A DNA stretch of 21,158 nt from Candidatus Aenigmatarchaeota archaeon. GTDB lineage: Archaea; Aenigmatarchaeota; Aenigmatarchaeia; Aenigmatarchaeales; JACQIB01. Position 1 is the first letter of the stretch, and every line of letters begins with the position of its first letter. A program made the translations under genes and the position numbers. The notes beneath the pieces are model-generated. The model was not told where the DNA came from and made no database searches. It was given only the letters and a program-made list of their open reading frames with translations. The stretch is from assembly GCA_046760225.1 (NCBI GenBank), contig JBHIDR010000011.1, positions 1-21,158 on the forward strand. Direction: 5' to 3'. This document shows, piece after piece, positions 16,330 to 21,158 of this stretch.

Positions 16330-16722
16330 ATGTGCGATTATAAAAAAGCAGTTATCTCAGGTGTGATATCCTATGCAATATTGTTCCTGATAATATCAGC
16401 ACTGATGGGAACACCGCTCTGGACAAGTGGGTACATCAACTACATAAATCTCATAATAGTATTCATCGTTGTATTCCTTGTGGCCCAGAAATATTATTTC
16501 AGAGGCATCAAACCCAAGGCGAACGAGGGTCTGGTGTTAGGAATAATCATGGCAATAGTTGCTTTCTTAATAGAGATACCAGTGATGGCATATGGATTTG
16601 CAGCTGACATGGGAATGAACTGGTTCACACAGTGGAACATACTCACAGGATACATCCTAACAATAATAGCAGCACTATTAGCGTCAAAGACACTTGGGAA
16701 AACCACAAGAAAGAAAAAGTAA
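16330..16722 (+). CDS. Small membrane protein of unknown function, about 4 TM helices
   Basis: 130 aa with four hydrophobic segments and a basic tail; GAGGA Shine-Dalgarno sequence; starts 8 nt after thg1. Confidence 0.8.
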   Translation: MCDYKKAVISGVISYAILFLIISALMGTPLWTSGYINYINLIIVFIVVFLVAQKYYFRGIKPKANEGLVLGIIMAIVAFLIEIPVMAYGFAADMGMNWFTQWNILTGYILTIIAALLASKTLGKTTRKKK

Positions 16723-16756
16723 GGCCTTTATATTTTCTTTTTTCTTTATTCTTTTA

Positions 16757-18439
16757 ATGCTTGAACTCATAGACAGGGACGCAGGAGGAAGAATATCAAG
16801 ATGGGAGATAGGCAAGCACAAGATAACCTTGCCCAATATCTGCATTGTAATCAATCCTAACAGGATGCTGATCAAACCAAGAGATATGAAAAAATACGGC
16901 GCAGAAATAATAATCACAAATTCTTACATAATACAGAAGCACGAGAATCTGAGAAAGCAGGCAGTAAAGGGCATACACCGCTTTCTTGGTTGGGATGGAC
17001 CAGTCTATACAGACAGCGGAACATTCCAGATGTATTCGCAGAAGGTAAAGGGGATCGATCCTGAGAAGATAATAGAGTTCCAGAACGCAATCAACTCAGA
17101 CATTGAAACCCCTGTTGATGTCTTTACCTTGCCTGATGACACAAAGGCAGTTGCAAAGAAGAAGCTGAATGAAACAACCAGACGTGTAAAACAGGCCAGA
17201 AAATCAGTTGTAAATCACCTTGCCGGACCCATACAGGGAGGAATGTCCCTTGACCTCCGCGCAGATGCAAGCAGAAAGATTGCAAAGATAAACCCGGACG
17301 TGTTCGCAATCGGAGGAATAGTTCCTCTGATGGAACAGTACATGTTCAAGGAGTTGTGTGACATTGCTCTTACATGCAAGAAGAACCTGCCCGCGCATCG
17401 ACCATTACACGCTTTTGGTGCAGGACACCCCATTACATTTGCTATTCTAACAGCATTTGGTTGTGATTTGTTTGATAGCGCGATATATCACATAGCTGCC
17501 CGCCGTGGCGGATACCTTACAATCAACGGCACATACCACCTTGATGACCTGAGGGAATTCCCATGCTCATGCCCGGTTTGTGCACACTCAACACCAGATA
17601 AGCTAAAACAAATGAAAAAGGAAAAACAAGAAGAATTTCTCACCAAGCACAACCTTCACATCACATTCTCTGAACTCAGGACAGTGCGCCAGGCCATAAG
17701 AGAGAACTGGCTCTGGGAACTCGTGCAAATAAGGGCACGCGCCCATCCATCACTGCTTGAAGCATTAATGTTCTGCCTAAAGAAGTACGGGAATTACCTG
17801 GAAAAACTCGATCCCATAACAAAGAAATCAGCGTTTTTTTATTCAGGAGAAGAGAGCAAGTATAGACCTGAAGTAAGAAGGGCAAGAGCTTGGCTAAAAA
17901 GAGTAAAGTCAAGAAGAACCTTCATCAAAGAGCCTTTTGGTAAGGTGCCCCTTCCTCTGCTCGGGGTTTATCCCTTTGGCCAGAGCCTTGTGCCAGGTTT
18001 CAAGGAACCAAAAGGCAAAGTAAAACCAAAAGAGATTATTGCAGCAACAGTCCAGTATCAATATGGTTCAAAACTAAGATTAAAGAAACCAAGAATAGAA
18101 GTTTCAAAAAGAACAGGAAGGATAAGAAGAATATGGAAAGGAAAAACACTTGTTGGAACAATCAGGTCTTATGATGGCCTATTCTTGCCCACAAGGGAAG
18201 GCGCAAAACTTGTGAAAATGAAAAAGGTTTTTGTTGAAGACAAGGAGGTTGCAGAATACATAAAGAAAGGAAAGAGCATGTTTGCAAAGTTCATAAGCAA
18301 GGCAGATGACATAATTCCTGGCGAGGAAGTTGCAGTTTACAGGAGCAAGGAGCTTCTTGCTGTTGGCCGTGCCCTGCTTAACAAAAATGAAGTCAAAGAA
18401 ATGGAGCGCGGAATTGCGGTTAAGACCAGAGCCACCTGA
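16757..18439 (+). CDS. tgtA: Archaeosine tRNA-guanine(15) transglycosylase (ArcTGT)
   Basis: IIITNSYII, YTDSGTFQ, GPIQGG, AIGGIVPLME, HAFGAGHP, DLFDSA, the Zn site CSCPVC...HNL, RARAHP and a C-terminal PUA-like domain. The real start is most likely ATG at 16757. Confidence 0.96.
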   Translation: MLELIDRDAGGRISRWEIGKHKITLPNICIVINPNRMLIKPRDMKKYGAEIIITNSYIIQKHENLRKQAVKGIHRFLGWDGPVYTDSGTFQMYSQKVKGIDPEKIIEFQNAINSDIETPVDVFTLPDDTKAVAKKKLNETTRRVKQARKSVVNHLAGPIQGGMSLDLRADASRKIAKINPDVFAIGGIVPLMEQYMFKELCDIALTCKKNLPAHRPLHAFGAGHPITFAILTAFGCDLFDSAIYHIAARRGGYLTINGTYHLDDLREFPCSCPVCAHSTPDKLKQMKKEKQEEFLTKHNLHITFSELRTVRQAIRENWLWELVQIRARAHPSLLEALMFCLKKYGNYLEKLDPITKKSAFFYSGEESKYRPEVRRARAWLKRVKSRRTFIKEPFGKVPLPLLGVYPFGQSLVPGFKEPKGKVKPKEIIAATVQYQYGSKLRLKKPRIEVSKRTGRIRRIWKGKTLVGTIRSYDGLFLPTREGAKLVKMKKVFVEDKEVAEYIKKGKSMFAKFISKADDIIPGEEVAVYRSKELLAVGRALLNKNEVKEMERGIAVKTRAT

Positions 18440-21158
18440 CCTTCTTTTTTCTCTTGAGCATCTTTCTTCTGGAAACCAGTAGCCCAACACCTATTACTAT
18501 AACAACACCAGCAAGCACTGCTTCGGTTGTTGGGAATATGAAATAGCCTGTTGGCCCACTTACTGACGCTTCTGTTATTTCAGGCATATCTGCAATAATT
18601 GCAAAGTATGAGAACCCTTCTGATGTTGAAGAGTATGTGTAAGAATCCTCTTCAGGAGCCTCATATGAAACAAGCACGATTAAATCCTGCATATCAAATG
18701 CAGATGATGATGCTTTCGTGGTCCAAAGCTCGAACAGATAAAGCACATCATTTGGTCCTATTGACACTTTGCCTGTGTCCGGATCCATTACAGAAGAAAG
18801 AAATGATGCTATCTCTGGTTGATCTCCGAAGGGCTTGAAGTAAGGCGGCGTGTCCCCGTTCCTAAGCACTATGACGTTCTTGCCACCATCTTCTGTACTG
18901 ATTGTAAGTCGACCCTTTGCCTTTATGTGCACTTTGTCACCGCTGCTGACATCAAACTCTTGGGAATAATATCCTGCCTCTTTATCGGTGTTGACATTGG
19001 CTCCGCCAAACAACTCTTCATAACCTCCACCCCCTATCATGCCCCATGCATAAACAGGAATGTTTTCGCCTCTGGCGCTGAACGCAGAGCCAAGCACCTT
19101 GATTTTTATCTTCCCACTCTTCTTGACAGTCACCTCATCATCATTCACATCAAAATAGTCACCATCATCGACTTCTCTTTCTGTTGGCAGCTTTTCCCAT
19201 TTGCCCCTGTTCCAGCGCACGAGCTTTATTTTATCAGGATTAAGTCCGTTTTTCTCAAGCCATTCCCTGTCAACAACGAACTTTATCACAGCTTCTTTTA
19301 TTTCCTCATCTGTAACGTTCTTGTCTATCTTGAGGTACTGGTAAACCGCCCCATGCTTCCTGTCCACATCAGCAGGCTTCTCAGGCAGCTTCTTTACCAC
19401 TATGTGGATTCCTGGTACCCTCTTTGAAGGTGTTATTACAATCTGAACCACTAGCTGTTTTTCATTGGGCAGGTCAACTGAAACGCTCTCGTTCTCATCT
19501 ACCTCAGGTATGTATATTTCAGTTGAGTTGTCATCCTGGTTCTCCTTTACTTCCGGCTCTTCTTCTGTTTCATTCTTGCTCGTCTTGTTCCCAGGGGTGA
19601 CTATTTTGTTAAGATCGTCATCTCCTCCCGAATCATCACCGTCATCAGGCGGGCCCCGTGTAGTTAGTGGAAGCCAGTCCTTCCAGTGCGGAAGGTCTGA
19701 GTCACCAAGGCCATCACCATTACTGTCATAGCCATCATAGTCGTGCCAGAAGTTTCCTCCCATCCAGCTGCCACCGATTATGTTGTTGCCCTGGACCTTG
19801 GTTATGTTCCATCTGTTGTTCTGTTCGAGGTATGTTGCATTACAGTGGAAATAAACATCATACTCATTATCAAAGTAGTTGTTCCATATACTATTGTTGA
19901 TTGTATTGTCGCTTTTGAACAGAAGGCCGTAGTGCCCTCCGGTAAAATAATTGCCTGTTATGTTGTTTCTTTTTGTAGGAGCAGTGCCACCAAGCCGCAG
20001 CCCCCTTGTACAGTTGAACCTGTTGTCTGAAATAATATTGTCACTGCCCTTCCACTTGATGCATGTATCAATGGCAGTAGGATTTTTTGAATAGAACTTA
20101 TTTCCCGAAATCACTGACCAAGCAGCCTGTGATGTCATCCAGTTGTCAATACCCTCGCTGGCCGTGAAGTTGATTGTATTGTTGATTATGTTCAATTTTG
20201 GTGCGGTTGGGTTCTGTGACTGTGGATAAATGCTTCCATTCACTATAGTGCTGCCACGCAGCGTGTTGTTTTCCTTATAGCCATACTGGAAGTAGACAAC
20301 TCCAAGAACATAGCTGTCTCTGACCACGTTATCAGACCCTGACATGTTCAGACCGGAGTATGATGTGATGTCCCATACATCATTCCGGCCACCAGCTATG
20401 CGGGGCTCTAAGGACGGGAACGTGAGGTTCCATGCCATGCTGCTGTTCGGCTCAAAAATGAGTTTATTCATGCTCATATCGCTTATGTTGTTGTAGAGCC
20501 CTCCCCTCATCTCAATTTCATCAAGTGTATTATCCGATATAGCTGCATTCGAAGAACCGCTCAGGTAGATTTTCTTGTTGCTTCCTGTGAAGGTGTTTGT
20601 GTTGAGCGTGACCTTGGATGCGCCTGTTATGCTCACAGCCAGGCCCCCAGAGCCAATTGTGTTGCCTGTTATTATTGCTTCATCTCCTGTGAAGGTAACA
20701 GCGTTGTTACAGTCAGATAACGTGTTGCCTGTAAGCGAGAACAGGTCTGAGCTTGATGAGATTATACAGTTGTTGAGTGTTGAGTCCTTTATTCTGACAA
20801 TGCTATTTGTGCTTGCGCTCAGGCTCCATGGGCTTGATTCTGCATCAACAACAGAGTCCTGTATGTACAGCTTTCCGTACTGCTTTACACTGACTGTGCC
20901 GAAAGTCAGGTTGCAGTTCGTGAAGTTGTAGGTCCTTCCTGCCTCAATATCAAGCGTGCTGAATGTCATGTCGCAGTTCTCATAAGCACTAGGAGCAATT
21001 ATTATCGGTGCATAGTCATTGTTGTGCGGGAGCATTGTATCGCCAATCCCGTCACCATCATTATCATCACCAAGATAGTTCCACCACCAGTTTCCTGCAG
21101 TCCAGTTGCCCCCTATGATGTTCGTGCCCGCTGTCTTTGTTATGTTGAAAATGTTGTC
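18420..21158 (-). CDS. Large cell-surface protein, 5'-truncated: parallel beta-helix (NosD/CASH-like) modules, PGF-pre-PGF-like domain and C-terminal TM anchor
   Basis: The frame stays open to the window edge (DNIFNITKTAGTNIIGGNWTAGNWWWNYLGDDNDGDGIGDT). It has Asn-rich beta-helix repeats, VYQYLKI...IKFVVDREWL...LVRW...WEKLPT...GFSYFAI, then PTGYF, a hydrophobic helix and a basic tail. Confidence 0.88.
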   Translation of the reverse strand, partial: DNIFNITKTAGTNIIGGNWTAGNWWWNYLGDDNDGDGIGDTMLPHNNDYAPIIIAPSAYENCDMTFSTLDIEAGRTYNFTNCNLTFGTVSVKQYGKLYIQDSVVDAESSPWSLSASTNSIVRIKDSTLNNCIISSSSDLFSLTGNTLSDCNNAVTFTGDEAIITGNTIGSGGLAVSITGASKVTLNTNTFTGSNKKIYLSGSSNAAISDNTLDEIEMRGGLYNNISDMSMNKLIFEPNSSMAWNLTFPSLEPRIAGGRNDVWDITSYSGLNMSGSDNVVRDSYVLGVVYFQYGYKENNTLRGSTIVNGSIYPQSQNPTAPKLNIINNTINFTASEGIDNWMTSQAAWSVISGNKFYSKNPTAIDTCIKWKGSDNIISDNRFNCTRGLRLGGTAPTKRNNITGNYFTGGHYGLLFKSDNTINNSIWNNYFDNEYDVYFHCNATYLEQNNRWNITKVQGNNIIGGSWMGGNFWHDYDGYDSNGDGLGDSDLPHWKDWLPLTTRGPPDDGDDSGGDDDLNKIVTPGNKTSKNETEEEPEVKENQDDNSTEIYIPEVDENESVSVDLPNEKQLVVQIVITPSKRVPGIHIVVKKLPEKPADVDRKHGAVYQYLKIDKNVTDEEIKEAVIKFVVDREWLEKNGLNPDKIKLVRWNRGKWEKLPTEREVDDGDYFDVNDDEVTVKKSGKIKIKVLGSAFSARGENIPVYAWGMIGGGGYEELFGGANVNTDKEAGYYSQEFDVSSGDKVHIKAKGRLTISTEDGGKNVIVLRNGDTPPYFKPFGDQPEIASFLSSVMDPDTGKVSIGPNDVLYLFELWTTKASSSAFDMQDLIVLVSYEAPEEDSYTYSSTSEGFSYFAIIADMPEITEASVSGPTGYFIFPTTEAVLAGVVIVIGVGLLVSRRKMLKRKKKVRWLWS

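Noticed and set aside
16694..16756. N-terminal extension of ArcTGT from TTG at 16694
   Set aside because: It overlaps the upstream gene and crosses a T-rich terminator/TATA-like region. Recognisable TGT sequence begins at ATG 16757.
18819..19427. 202-aa plus-strand ORF
   Set aside because: Antisense to the surface protein, with no recognisable domain.
1..21158. tRNA, rRNA or other structured RNA genes
   Set aside because: Intergenic gaps are short and AT-rich, and no cloverleaf or T-loop motif was seen by eye. A covariance-model scan would be needed to exclude small RNAs.

Overview
Gene-dense archaeal chromosomal window. The compact, often leaderless genes and short protein variants suggest a DPANN-type lineage (inference only). 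The left half is a replication locus: a probable oriC with ORB-like boxes (about 7560-7950) beside cdc6/orc1, then a short DP1 (PolD small subunit)-like protein lacking its catalytic motifs, then a family-B DNA polymerase with a 417-aa LAGLIDADG intein in YGD|TDS, a PIP-like box and a C-terminal 4-Cys Zn module. It also holds nac and a TctA-like permease. The middle carries an XRE regulator, a CBS/Zn-ribbon protein, an apparently frameshifted hypothetical gene, DUF167, an acidic-tailed hypothetical, a small TOPRIM protein, archaeal dnaG, and M24 and M29 peptidases. The right half is a tRNA-modification cluster: a RaSEA-like radical SAM enzyme fused to an ArcS-like (DUF5591) domain, Thg1, a small membrane protein and ArcTGT. 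A large 5'-truncated beta-helix/PGF-pre-PGF surface protein follows. The two strongest candidates for a novel system are (1) PolB with a Zn tail plus an inactive DP1-like partner, resembling eukaryotic catalytic/B-subunit pairs, and (2) a single-chain archaeosine synthase. All family calls come from motif recognition by eye; no searches were run.
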